64,000 nt of DNA from the NCBI GenBank assembly GCA_964492775.1, contig CAZBLH010000002.1, forward strand, positions 62,615 to 126,614, in the 5' to 3' direction. A model generated the notes under the pieces. That model did not search any database. It worked only from the letters and a program-made list of their open reading frames with translations, and was not told where the DNA came from. The translations under genes were made by a program, and so were the position numbers. This document shows, piece after piece, positions 24,380-33,777 of this stretch. This stretch comes from an uncultured Eubacteriales bacterium. Lineage in GTDB: Bacteria > Actinomycetota > Coriobacteriia > Anaerosomatales > PHET01. Each line of letters begins with the position of its first letter. Positions within the stretch are counted from its first letter, which is position 1.

Positions 24380-24876
24380 ACCGACTGACAGGCGAGGACT
24401 CGATCCTCTTCATCCGGAGCGAGCAGCTGTTCGACTGGGCCCGCCGGCGTTCGCTGTGGTACATGGCCTTCGGCATCGCGTGCTGCGCGATCGAGGGGCT
24501 GATGCACGCCTCCGGCCCGCGCTTCGACTTCGATCGTCACGGAGTGTTCTTCCGGGCCAGCCCGCGCCAGGCCGATGTGATGATCGTCGCCGGCACGGTG
24601 AACCACAAGATGGCTGACACGGTGAAGAAGCTCTACGACCAGATGCCTGAGCCCAAATGGGTCGTGGCGATGGGCGCGTGCGCCTCCACCGGAGGTCCAT
24701 TCCGCGAGTACCCCAACGTCGTGCTGGGCGTCGACAAAGTCGTGCCTGTCGATGTCTACATCCCGGGCTGTCCTCCTCGGCCCGAGTCGGTGCAGTACGC
24801 GTTCCTGACGCTCATGGACAAGATCAGCGCGAGGACGGAGGAGCGGCTTGAGGCCAGACGCGATGCACATCGCTGA
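24370..24876 (+). CDS. nuoB: NADH-quinone oxidoreductase subunit B
   Basis: The GTG at 24370 follows GGAAGGAGGG and lies within ORF 24145..24876. Motifs are [26 protein letters not shown] and PGCPPRPE (N2 cluster ligands). Confidence 0.9.
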   Translation: MALDRLTGEDSILFIRSEQLFDWARRRSLWYMAFGIACCAIEGLMHASGPRFDFDRHGVFFRASPRQADVMIVAGTVNHKMADTVKKLYDQMPEPKWVVAMGACASTGGPFREYPNVVLGVDKVVPVDVYIPGCPPRPESVQYAFLTLMDKISARTEERLEARRDAHR

Positions 24877-25324
24877 CATCCTCGCGCGCGTCGGCGTCGA
24901 TGGGGGAGTGAGTGCCGAGATCGAGCAGGTTGAGCCGCTCGGCCCGGTTCTGCGCGTCGATGCCAGCGACACCGCTGCGGCCCTCGCGGCGCTGAAGGAC
25001 TCGGATCTCGCCTACGTGATGCTGGTGGACTTGTTCGGCATCGACATCGGCGAGGCGGTCGACATCGTCTACCACGTCCGCTCGCTGTCGAGTACCGGCG
25101 ATGCGTATCTCAAGGCGCGCTACGAATACGGGTCGGCGCTAACGAGCGTATGGAAGGTGCATCCCGCCGCGCTCTTGCCCGAGCGGGAGTGCGCCGAGAT
25201 GTTCGGGCTTTCCCTTGAGGGGCATCCCAATCCCAAGCGGCTGCTGACAGTCGAGGGCGCGATGCTACCCCCGCTTCTGAAGTCGACGGAGATCCGAACG
25301 GCTGAGGAGGTGAGGTCCCGGTGA
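24848..25324 (+). CDS. nuoC: NADH-quinone oxidoreductase subunit C
   Basis: It is 30-kDa-subunit-like ([24 protein letters not shown]). The start is the TTG at 24848 (GGAGGAG 4 nt upstream) or the ATG at 24863. Confidence 0.8.
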   Translation: MRPDAMHIADILARVGVDGGVSAEIEQVEPLGPVLRVDASDTAAALAALKDSDLAYVMLVDLFGIDIGEAVDIVYHVRSLSSTGDAYLKARYEYGSALTSVWKVHPAALLPERECAEMFGLSLEGHPNPKRLLTVEGAMLPPLLKSTEIRTAEEVRSR

Positions 25325-26529
25325 GCGATCCGCGTAGCACCGTCCGGCATGTCGGCTGGCTGGCCGACGCGCCAGCTTGCGACATCGAGGACCTGCCGCT
25401 TTCGATCCGGCGTGCGCCCTGCGGTGTGGACGAGCTCGAGACCGAGCACCTCGTCTTGAACATGGGTCCCCAGCACCCGTCGACGCATGGGGTGCTGCGC
25501 GTGCTGCTCGAGCTGGATGGCGAAGAGATCATCACCGGCGAAGCCGCGATCGGATACCTGCACCGCGGTATCGAGAAGCTCGCCGAGCACCGACGCTACA
25601 GCGCAGTGGGTACTCTCATGGACCGCGGCGACTATGTCTCCGGGATCCACGGCGAGCTGGCGTTCGCGTTGGCCGCCGAGAAGGTCGCAGGCATCGAGGT
25701 ACCTCGCCGTGCGAGCTGGCTACGGGTGTTGGTCGGCGAGTTGAACCGCCTCTCAAGCCACCTGGTGTGGTACGGCACGATGGGGCTGGACGCGGGCGCG
25801 ATGGGGCAGTTCCTGTACGCATTGCGCGACCGCGAGAACCTGCTTGACATCCTTGAAGACATCAGTGGCCAGCGGATGATGTTCAACTACGTCCGTCCGG
25901 GCGGCGTGGTCGCGGACATCACGCCGACGGCGGAGGCAAAGATCCGCGAGTTCCTCACCACGATTGACAAGTACCTCACCGAGCATGAGGAGCTGCTCGG
26001 CGGAAACGAGATCTTCCAAGCGCGCATGCGTGGTGTCGGCGTGATCGACAAGGACATGGCGGTCGCGTTCGGTCTCACCGGTGCGAACCTGCGCGCCTCG
26101 GGTGTGAGCTTCGACGTGCGTCGTGACCGCCCGTACGCCGCGTACGCCGAGATGGAGTTCGACGTCCCCACCGAGCGGACCGGCGACTGCTACTCGCGCT
26201 ACCTCGTGCGCATGGCCGAGATGCGCGAGTCCGTGCGCATCCTGCGCCAGTGCATGGACGGCCTGCCTGAGGGTGAGTACACCGCGAAAATGCCGAAGGT
26301 CTTCAGGCCTCCGGCAGGGGAGGCGTACGCTGCTGTCGAATCCCCGCGCGGTGAGCTTGGCGTCCATCTGGTGAGCGACGGCACAGAGCGTCCTTACCGG
26401 ATGCACTACCGCCCACCAGCGCTCTACGCGCTGCAGGCAGGCGAGGTGCTCTTGCCCGGACAGCTTATCGCGGATGCGGTTGTGACGCTCGGCAGCCTCG
26501 ACTTCGTGCTCGGGGAGATCGACCGATGA
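25321..26529 (+). CDS. nuoD: NADH-quinone oxidoreductase subunit D
   Basis: Motifs are LNMGPQHPSTHGVLR, GYLHRGIEKL and a C-terminal LDFVLGEIDR. It has no NiFe-type CxxC pairs. Confidence 0.9.
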   Translation: MSDPRSTVRHVGWLADAPACDIEDLPLSIRRAPCGVDELETEHLVLNMGPQHPSTHGVLRVLLELDGEEIITGEAAIGYLHRGIEKLAEHRRYSAVGTLMDRGDYVSGIHGELAFALAAEKVAGIEVPRRASWLRVLVGELNRLSSHLVWYGTMGLDAGAMGQFLYALRDRENLLDILEDISGQRMMFNYVRPGGVVADITPTAEAKIREFLTTIDKYLTEHEELLGGNEIFQARMRGVGVIDKDMAVAFGLTGANLRASGVSFDVRRDRPYAAYAEMEFDVPTERTGDCYSRYLVRMAEMRESVRILRQCMDGLPEGEYTAKMPKVFRPPAGEAYAAVESPRGELGVHLVSDGTERPYRMHYRPPALYALQAGEVLLPGQLIADAVVTLGSLDFVLGEIDR

Positions 26530-27518
26530 GCCTGCTATACGCGACATTGCGCGTGCTTGCGGCGCTCAGCCTGATGCTCATGAACGGCGTCGTGCTGATT
26601 TTGATGCTACGCAAGGTGCTCGGCCGTCTGCATCTGCGGCTGGGTCCGATGGAGCTGGGTCCGCAGGGCATGTTCCAGACGACCGCCGACGTGCTCAAGC
26701 TGCTCACGAAGGAAGACATCACCCCCACGCGCGTCGACAAGGCGCTGTTCTACATCGCGCCGCTGATCGTGTTCGTCCCGTCGCTCGCGGCCTACGGGGC
26801 GCTGCCGTTCTCGGGGGAATGGGTCATCGCCGACCTCAACCTGGGCCTGCTCTGGACGTTCTCGATCATGGCAATCATCCCGCTGGGAATCGTCGCGGCA
26901 GGTTGGGCGAGCTACAACAAGTGGTCGCTGATGGGCGGAATGCGGGCCGTCGCCCAGCAGGTGAGCTACGAGGTCCCGCTGCTTCTCGCAGCGCTTCCTC
27001 CCGTCATGATCGCCGGGTCCCTCAAACTGAGCGATATCGTGCGGGCTCAGATTGACTCGGTGTGGTTCTGGCTGCCATGCCTGCCTGCGTTCGTTCTGTT
27101 CCTCATCGCCGGGCTGATGGAGTCGAACCAGACTCCGTTCGACATGTCCGAGGCCGACTCAGAGCTCGTCGCGGGTTACGCGACCGAGTACTCGTCGATG
27201 AAGTTCGGACTGCTGTTCCTCGCTGAGTTCTCCAACACTTTCATCCTCGCCTCGTTGATCGTCACGCTGTTCCTTGGCGGATGGTCACTGCCCTTCGTGC
27301 CCGATACGGTCATCGGCGCCCCCGTCGTGTTCGCGCTCAAGACGTACGCGGTGATCTTCGTTCTGATGTGGATACGCGGCACCATGCCGCGCGTGCGCAT
27401 CGATCAGATGCTGGCCTTCGGCTGGAAGGCCATGCTTCCGCTCTCGCTCGCGTGGGTCATGGTGACTGCCGCGGTCATCAAGGTCTGGCCTCTGCTCTTC
27501 GGAGGTGTGGGCCGATGA
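26526..27518 (+). CDS. nuoH: NADH-quinone oxidoreductase subunit H
   Basis: The ATGA overlaps the nuoD stop. It is polytopic, with the motifs LRKVLGRLHLRLGP, ESNQTPFDMSEADSELVAGY and EYSSMKF. Confidence 0.9.
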   Translation: MSLLYATLRVLAALSLMLMNGVVLILMLRKVLGRLHLRLGPMELGPQGMFQTTADVLKLLTKEDITPTRVDKALFYIAPLIVFVPSLAAYGALPFSGEWVIADLNLGLLWTFSIMAIIPLGIVAAGWASYNKWSLMGGMRAVAQQVSYEVPLLLAALPPVMIAGSLKLSDIVRAQIDSVWFWLPCLPAFVLFLIAGLMESNQTPFDMSEADSELVAGYATEYSSMKFGLLFLAEFSNTFILASLIVTLFLGGWSLPFVPDTVIGAPVVFALKTYAVIFVLMWIRGTMPRVRIDQMLAFGWKAMLPLSLAWVMVTAAVIKVWPLLFGGVGR

Positions 27519-28033
27519 AGATCTGGGGCTCGGGGCTGCTTAAGGGTATGGCCATCACGATGCGCAACATGTTGCGCACGCCGATCACTGTCCAGTACCC
27601 GCACCAGAAGGTCGTGCTGCCCGAGCGTGCGCGCTGGGCTTTGCAGATGAAGTACGACGAGGCGGGCGAGCACAAGTGCACGGCGTGCCTGATCTGCGAA
27701 CGGACATGTCCCGACTACATCATCGACATCGAGGTCACGACCGCCGAGGACAGAAGCAAGCACATCGACGCCTACACCTATGAGATCGGAGCCTGCATGA
27801 TGTGCGGGCTGTGCGTGGAGGCGTGCCCGTTCGACGCCATCCAGATGGGCAAAGACTACGAACTCGCCCGAACCTCAAGCGAACAGCTCACCATCCGCCT
27901 GCTGGAAGACACTCCGGCAGTCTCGCCGAAGCGCAAAGCCGCGGCTGCGAGTGAGAACTCGGCGCGCACCTCTGCGGCCGAGTCGGCCGCCACCTCCGCC
28001 GCTGAGTCGGCGCCTGAGGAGGTGGGCTCGTGA
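27515..28033 (+). CDS. nuoI: NADH-quinone oxidoreductase subunit I (2x[4Fe-4S]) with a C-terminal Ala/Ser/Glu-rich extension
   Basis: The ATG at 27515 (ATGA overlap) lies inside ORF 27281..28033. The cluster motifs are CTACLICERTCP and CMMCGLCVEACP. A ~40-aa tail contains the tandem SAAESAAT/SAAESAP. Confidence 0.9.
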   Translation: MKIWGSGLLKGMAITMRNMLRTPITVQYPHQKVVLPERARWALQMKYDEAGEHKCTACLICERTCPDYIIDIEVTTAEDRSKHIDAYTYEIGACMMCGLCVEACPFDAIQMGKDYELARTSSEQLTIRLLEDTPAVSPKRKAAAASENSARTSAAESAATSAAESAPEEVGS

Positions 28034-28536
28034 ACGACATCCTCGGAGTGGTCGTGTTCGTCGCACTGGCTGCCTTCTCCATCGGTGGAGCTATGGCGAT
28101 GGTCACCTCGCGCAACGTCGTTCACGCCGCGTACTGGTTGCTCGCGGTCTCGGCCGCTGCCGCAGGGCTCTTCGCACTGCTCGAGGCGGGCTACGTGGCA
28201 CTGATCCAGTTGCTGGTCTACGCCGGTGCCGTCGCGATTCTCAACATCTTCACGATCATGATCACTATGCGTCGTCGGGAAGACGCGGTCCGCCCACGCG
28301 ATCTCTCCTGGACCGGGTTCGTTCTGACCGCAGGCTTCTTCGGGCTCGTGACGTACGCGGTGCTCGGCAGCCCCCTTCCCGAGGCCGTGCCCGTCGCCGA
28401 GTTCCCCGGGTTGCTTGAGTTCGGCAGGCAGCTCTTCTCGGCACAGGGTTGGGCTCTGCCGTTCGAGGTTGCCTCTCTGGTACTCACTGCTGCGCTGGTC
28501 GCCGCGGTGTGGTGGTCGAAGGAGGACGACGAGTGA
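28030..28536 (+). CDS. nuoJ: NADH-quinone oxidoreductase subunit J
   Basis: GTGA overlap with the nuoI stop. It has 5 TM helices and the motif ALIQLLVYAGAVAILNIF. Confidence 0.85.
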   Translation: MNDILGVVVFVALAAFSIGGAMAMVTSRNVVHAAYWLLAVSAAAAGLFALLEAGYVALIQLLVYAGAVAILNIFTIMITMRRREDAVRPRDLSWTGFVLTAGFFGLVTYAVLGSPLPEAVPVAEFPGLLEFGRQLFSAQGWALPFEVASLVLTAALVAAVWWSKEDDE

Positions 28537-28844
28537 GCGTTGGCCTGACGCCATATCTGATCCTCGCGGCCGCGCTGTTCTCGATCGGGTTGTTCGGCGC
28601 CGTCTCGAAGAAGGGTGCCGTGCCGGTGCTCATGTCGCTCGAGCTCATGTCTGTGGCTGTCAGCCTGAACCTGCTCGCGTTCTCGAAGCATGTGACACCG
28701 GAGCAGATGACAGGACAGTACTTCACGGTCTTCTCAATGGTCATCTCGGCAGCTGAGATCGGTATCGGGCTCGCGCTCGTCATCGCGATATACCGCGCAT
28801 CGCGCACCGCCGAGCTGGCCGACATTTCGGACTTGAAGGGGTAG
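28533..28844 (+). CDS. nuoK: NADH-quinone oxidoreductase subunit K
   Basis: The GTG at 28533 (GTGA overlap) lies in ORF 28449..28844. It has 3 TM helices and the motifs LMSLELM and AAEIGIGLALV. Confidence 0.85.
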   Translation: MSVGLTPYLILAAALFSIGLFGAVSKKGAVPVLMSLELMSVAVSLNLLAFSKHVTPEQMTGQYFTVFSMVISAAEIGIGLALVIAIYRASRTAELADISDLKG

Positions 28845-28846
28845 CG

Positions 28847-30778
28847 GTGGACTGGGTCGCACTCATACCCCTGCTCCCGGCAGCGGCGTTTATTGCGCTT
28901 CTGCCTCTGTCGCGTGCTGTGCGCAACCGGATGCTCTGGCTGCCGGTCGCTGCGATGTCCGGCTCGCTCGCCCTTTCAGTCGCGTCGCTTATCGCAATAT
29001 GGCCGAGCGGCTCGGCTGAGGCGGCCTCCGGGCCCGCCTGGCGGCTGAGCTGGCCTCTTGCCTCTGTAGGTGGTGCGGATATCGGCCTGTCGCTGTCGCT
29101 CGACCCGCTCGCTGCAGCCACGCTTACCGTTGTCACGATCGTTGCCACAGGCGTACTGGTGTACTCGCTCGGCTACCTGCACCGTGACGACCGCCGAGGC
29201 TGGTACTTCGCAGTGGTCTCGCTGTTCACGTCGGCCATGCTTGCGCTCGTGCTCTCGGGGAACCTGCTTCTGACCTTCGCCATGTGGGAGGTCATGGGTT
29301 TGTGCTCGTACCTGCTCATCGGCTTCTGGCATGAGCTCGAGGCACCGCGCAAGGCCTCTCAGAAAGCGTTCCTCACCACGCGCATCGGCGATCTCGGCTT
29401 CCTGGTTGCGCTCTTCGCGATTTTCGCGAACACCGGCAGCTTCGACCTGGCGCAAGTTCTTCAGGCTGCGCCCGGCTGGGCCCCTGGGGTCGCGCTCGTT
29501 GTGGCGCTTGGACTGCTTTGGGCTGCGATGGGTAAGTCGGCGCAGCTGCCGCTACACGTGTGGCTCCCTGACGCGATGGCCGGCCCGACGCCTGCGTCCG
29601 CGCTCATCCATGCGGCCACCATGGTCGCTGCTGGCGTGTTCGTCGTCGCCCGCATGTTGCCTGTCTTCGAGCTGGTGCCCGGAGTCATGAGCGCGATGCT
29701 TGTGATTGGAGCCGTGACCGCGCTCGTCGGCGGACTGCTCGCAGCGGTCCAGCACGATGTGAAGAAGGTGGCGGCCTACTCGACGATCAGCCAGCTCGGC
29801 CTCATGTTCGTGGCGCTCGGCGCGGGGAGCGCGACCGCGGCGCTGTTCCACCTGACCACGCACGCCTTCTTCAAGTCCCTGATATTCCTCGGCAGTGGCG
29901 TGATCATCCACTCCGCTCACACGCAGGACATGCGGGAGATGGGCGGGCTCGCGAAGCATCTGCCCGTCACGACCGTGACGTTTGGCATCGGATGCCTTGC
30001 GCTCGCCGGCGTACCGCCGCTGTCTGGCTTCTTCAGCAAGGACGAAATCCTTGCCGTCCTGCTGCATGATCAGCACTACGCGATCTTCGCCGTCGTGGTG
30101 CTCTCATCGGCGATCACCGCCTACTACGTCACCCGCCTGTGGTTCCGTGTCTTCACCGGACCCGAGCAGGGCCACGGCCTGCATGAGGCGCACTACTCAA
30201 TGCTCGCGCCGATGGTCGTGCTTGCCGCGATCACTCTGGTGGCCGGCTTCGGCACGACGCTGTTCGCCGGGCTGTTCGGCGAGACGGGCCACTTCCCGGG
30301 CCTCGACATGTGGCTCATCTCGTTCGCCGTCGCCGGGACGGGCATCGCTGCCGGCTGGTGGATCTACGGGCGCCGCTCGGCAGTCACGAACACGCGCGTG
30401 TGGAAGGACCGATTCGGCTACGCGTATGACGCGCTGGCGAACAAGCTGTACTTCGACCTCACGTACGAGAAGGTCTTCATTCGCGGCTACTTCGTGCTAG
30501 CGTCGGAGCTCAGCCGCTTCGACGCCAGGGTCGTCGATGGTGTCGTCAATGGAGCGGCCCGCGTCTGGTCGGTGCTTTCCGGCGGCATGTCGCTGTTTGA
30601 CGGCCGAGTTGTGGATGGCGCGGTGAACGGGCTTGCATCGGGAGCGAGGGCGCTCGGCAACTCGGCGCGTCGGATCCAGACCGGGCGGCTACAGGACTAC
30701 CAGCGGCTCATCGTGGGAGCCTCGCTCTGCCTGCTTATGGGCTTGTACGTACTGATGCTGGTGAAAGGGGCCGGATAA
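28847..30778 (+). CDS. nuoL: NADH-quinone oxidoreductase subunit L (antiporter-like)
   Basis: It is 643 aa, with WEVMGLCSYLLIGFW, GKSAQLPLHVWLPDAMAGPTPASALIHAATMV and a C-terminal lateral-helix region. Confidence 0.9.
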   Translation: MDWVALIPLLPAAAFIALLPLSRAVRNRMLWLPVAAMSGSLALSVASLIAIWPSGSAEAASGPAWRLSWPLASVGGADIGLSLSLDPLAAATLTVVTIVATGVLVYSLGYLHRDDRRGWYFAVVSLFTSAMLALVLSGNLLLTFAMWEVMGLCSYLLIGFWHELEAPRKASQKAFLTTRIGDLGFLVALFAIFANTGSFDLAQVLQAAPGWAPGVALVVALGLLWAAMGKSAQLPLHVWLPDAMAGPTPASALIHAATMVAAGVFVVARMLPVFELVPGVMSAMLVIGAVTALVGGLLAAVQHDVKKVAAYSTISQLGLMFVALGAGSATAALFHLTTHAFFKSLIFLGSGVIIHSAHTQDMREMGGLAKHLPVTTVTFGIGCLALAGVPPLSGFFSKDEILAVLLHDQHYAIFAVVVLSSAITAYYVTRLWFRVFTGPEQGHGLHEAHYSMLAPMVVLAAITLVAGFGTTLFAGLFGETGHFPGLDMWLISFAVAGTGIAAGWWIYGRRSAVTNTRVWKDRFGYAYDALANKLYFDLTYEKVFIRGYFVLASELSRFDARVVDGVVNGAARVWSVLSGGMSLFDGRVVDGAVNGLASGARALGNSARRIQTGRLQDYQRLIVGASLCLLMGLYVLMLVKGAG

Positions 30779-30780
30779 GC

Positions 30781-32238
30781 GTGCTGACCGCTATCGTCTT
30801 CCTACCGCTGCTCGGCGTGCTCGGCTGCGCGCTCGTGCCAAGGAGCCACGCCGGACTCGCCCGCTGGGTCGCGCTCGTTGTCACCGTGGCCGATCTCGTG
30901 CTGGCCGCCGTGATGGTCGCTCGCTTCGCCCCCGATGGCGGGCTGCAGTTTGCCGAGCGGCTCTCCTGGATCCCGCAGGCTGACATCCAGTACTTCCTCG
31001 GCGTGGACGGCATTTCGATGCCGCTGGTCGCTCTCTCGGCGCTCCTGACCTTCCTTGCGGTCATCGCGAGCTGGAAGATCGACGCCAACCCACGCATGTA
31101 CTTCGCGATGATGCTGCTTCTGCAGGTGGGCATGAACGGCGTCTTCTCTGCACTGGACCTCGTGCTCTTCTACGTCTTCTGGGAGCTCGTGCTCGTGCCG
31201 ATGTACTTCCTCATCTCCAAGTGGGGCGGCCCGCGGCGCGAGTACGCGGCGATCAAGTTCTTCCTCTACACGCTACTGGGCTCGGTGTTCATGCTCGTCG
31301 GCATCGTCGCTCTCTACCTCTACACCGGCACCTTCGATATTGTCGAGCTTGCCGAGAAGGGCTCCGCGCTCGCACCCGGCGTCCAGTGGTGGCTGTTCGC
31401 CGCATTCTTCCTCGGCTTCGCCGTGAAGGTCCCGGTCTTCCCGCTGCATACGTGGCTTCCTGACGCGCACGTCGAGGCGCCGACGGCGGGCTCGGTACTG
31501 CTCGCGGGCGTGCTGCTGAAGATGGGGACGTACGGCTTCATGCGGATCTCGCTGCCGGTGCTTCCTGATGCATTCGCGAGCTGGCAGTGGGCGATCGGGC
31601 TTCTGGCGGTGATCTCGATCGTGTACGGAGCGGCGGTAGCCTTCGCCCAGAGCGACCTCAAGAAGCTGGTCGCCTACTCGTCCGTGTCGCACATGGGCTT
31701 CGCCATGCTCGGCATAGCCTCGGGCACGGCTGCGGGACTCTCCGGCGCGATGGCGGTGAATGTGAGCCATGGACTGGTCACCGGCATGCTATTCCTGATG
31801 GTCGGCATGCTCTACGACCGCACGCACACCCGCGAAATCTCCAAGCTCTCCGGCGTCGTTGGGGCGACACCCGTGATCGGTGGCTTACTCGCCTTCGCTT
31901 CCTTCGCCTCGCTCGGCCTGCCCGGCTTGTCGGGATTCGTCGGCGAGTTCCTGTCGCTCCTCGGGGCGTGGGCATCCGCGGCGGTTCCCGCGTGGATGGT
32001 GCTTGTGGCGGCGCTCGGCGTGCTTCTCGGCGCCGCCTACATCCTGTGGATGCTGCAGCGTGTGGCGTTCGGCGAGCCGAGCGAGGCCATGGCCGGCCAG
32101 GCCGACGCGTCGCTTCGCGAGATCGCGACGGTGCTGCCGCTCGTCGCGCTCGTCGTCGTGATCGGCCTGTACTGGTCGTCGCTGCTGCGATACGTGGACC
32201 CCGCGGTTACTGAGCTCGCTCGGCTGCTGGGGGCGTAG
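30781..32238 (+). CDS. nuoM: NADH-quinone oxidoreductase subunit M
   Basis: Motifs are FYVFWELVLVPMYFLI and VKVPVFPLHTWLPDAHVEAPTAGSVLLAGVLLKMG. Confidence 0.9.
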   Translation: MLTAIVFLPLLGVLGCALVPRSHAGLARWVALVVTVADLVLAAVMVARFAPDGGLQFAERLSWIPQADIQYFLGVDGISMPLVALSALLTFLAVIASWKIDANPRMYFAMMLLLQVGMNGVFSALDLVLFYVFWELVLVPMYFLISKWGGPRREYAAIKFFLYTLLGSVFMLVGIVALYLYTGTFDIVELAEKGSALAPGVQWWLFAAFFLGFAVKVPVFPLHTWLPDAHVEAPTAGSVLLAGVLLKMGTYGFMRISLPVLPDAFASWQWAIGLLAVISIVYGAAVAFAQSDLKKLVAYSSVSHMGFAMLGIASGTAAGLSGAMAVNVSHGLVTGMLFLMVGMLYDRTHTREISKLSGVVGATPVIGGLLAFASFASLGLPGLSGFVGEFLSLLGAWASAAVPAWMVLVAALGVLLGAAYILWMLQRVAFGEPSEAMAGQADASLREIATVLPLVALVVVIGLYWSSLLRYVDPAVTELARLLGA

Positions 32239-33609
32239 ATGACCGGCTACTGGCTCATAGCGCCCGAGATTCTGCTGATTGCTGCGGTCGCGTGGGCGCT
32301 CTTTGCCGAGCGGCTGCCCGGCGGCGACCGCTCGGCACCGTGGGTCGGGTTCGTGCTCGCGATAGCAGCAGGTGCCCTGTCGGCACTAGCCACGACGGGC
32401 GCGGCCTACTTCGGCGACCTCATCGTGGTAGACGCGGCGGCGCGTTTTGCGCGTGTGGCCATCGCGGCGATCACGGCACTGTGGATGCTGTGGACCGCAG
32501 GCCGAGGGCGTGGCCGCATCCGCGAGGCGGTCGCGCTCGCTCTGCTGTCGGCGATCGGGTGCCTTCTGATGGCAAGCGCCCAGGAGATCGTCACCATTGT
32601 GCTCGCGCTCGAGCTCGCGACGATGCCGGCCTACGTGCTCATCGGGTACCGGCGCTGGCGGGTGTCGGGGCTCGAGGGAGCCCTCAAGTACTTCCTGCTC
32701 TCGATGCTCACGACACTCGTGATGCTGTACGGGCTGTCGTTCGTGTACGGCCTCACGGGCACCACGCGCCTGGCCGAGCTCGACCTCTCCGGCACCGGCG
32801 CGCTCGGCATCCTCGCCGTCACGCTCACACTGGTCGGCCTGCTCGCCAAGCTTTCGGCCGCGCCGTTCCATTACTGGGCTCCCGACGCCTACGAGGGCGC
32901 CGAGTCCTGGTCCGTCGCGTTCGTATCGACCGTCCCCAAGCTCGCCGGTGCCGTCGCGGTCGTGCGCTTCGTGTTAGCTCTCGCCGACTCCTCGGCCGGG
33001 CTCGGGCCGGCACTGCTCGTTGCATCCGTCACCTCCATGGTGCTTGGCAACCTCGCTGCGCTCTCGCAGGATGATGTCCGGCGCATGATGGCATACTCGG
33101 GTGTGGCCCACACGGGATACCTGCTTCTCGCTGCGGCGACGCTCTCTCCCTCCGGATACGGTGCCGCGGTCTTCTATGCCGCTGCCTATGCGCTCCCATC
33201 GCTCGGCGTGATGCTCGTGGCCGCCGAGGTGGGGGACCGAGTGAGCGACTTCGGCAGCGCCGCCGCCAGACGCCCCGTCGTGGCGTGGTCGGTGGTGGCG
33301 ATGCTCGTCTCGCTGATCGGCATTCCGCCGCTGCTTGGCTTCTTCGGCAAGCTCTACCTCTTCGGCACTGCGGTTGATGCGGGGCTTGGAGTGTGGGTGG
33401 TGCTGGCGGTTGCGATGAGCGTGGTATCCGCCGCCTACTACTTGCGCATCGTGCGCGCCATGTTCGCTACCGATTCGGAGCAGGGGAGCACCGAGGTTCG
33501 CGGATCGGTGGCCGCCGACGCCGCCATCATCGCAACGGCAGTACTCACGTTCGCGCTCGGGCTTGCCGCAGGACCGCTGTTTTCCGCGCTCGGCGCACTG
33601 ATGCCGTAA
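32239..33609 (+). CDS. nuoN: NADH-quinone oxidoreductase subunit N
   Basis: It has LAKLSAAPFHYWAPDAYEGAESW and is the last gene of the operon. Confidence 0.9.
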   Translation: MTGYWLIAPEILLIAAVAWALFAERLPGGDRSAPWVGFVLAIAAGALSALATTGAAYFGDLIVVDAAARFARVAIAAITALWMLWTAGRGRGRIREAVALALLSAIGCLLMASAQEIVTIVLALELATMPAYVLIGYRRWRVSGLEGALKYFLLSMLTTLVMLYGLSFVYGLTGTTRLAELDLSGTGALGILAVTLTLVGLLAKLSAAPFHYWAPDAYEGAESWSVAFVSTVPKLAGAVAVVRFVLALADSSAGLGPALLVASVTSMVLGNLAALSQDDVRRMMAYSGVAHTGYLLLAAATLSPSGYGAAVFYAAAYALPSLGVMLVAAEVGDRVSDFGSAAARRPVVAWSVVAMLVSLIGIPPLLGFFGKLYLFGTAVDAGLGVWVVLAVAMSVVSAAYYLRIVRAMFATDSEQGSTEVRGSVAADAAIIATAVLTFALGLAAGPLFSALGALMP

Positions 33610-33777
33610 GGTGCGCTCGGCCGGCATTACGCTCGGTGGCCTCCGAAGTATGGAGACGCCGTGGACCGCAGCTGTCACCTCCGTGAATCGCGGGCGATCG
33701 GGCACATCGGGGTACAGTAATTGTTTGAGGCCACGTGCAAGAACACCCCATTTCGCTCAGTTCGCGAGGTGAAGCAG

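Noticed and set aside
24017-33609. The idea that the nuo-like operon is actually a group 4 membrane-bound [NiFe] hydrogenase served by the nearby hypA/hypB genes.
   Set aside because: The NuoD homolog lacks both N-terminal (RxCGxC) and C-terminal (DPCxxC) NiFe ligand pairs. It also has the NuoD-type ending LGEIDR, and three antiporter-like subunits (L, M, N) are present as in true complex I.
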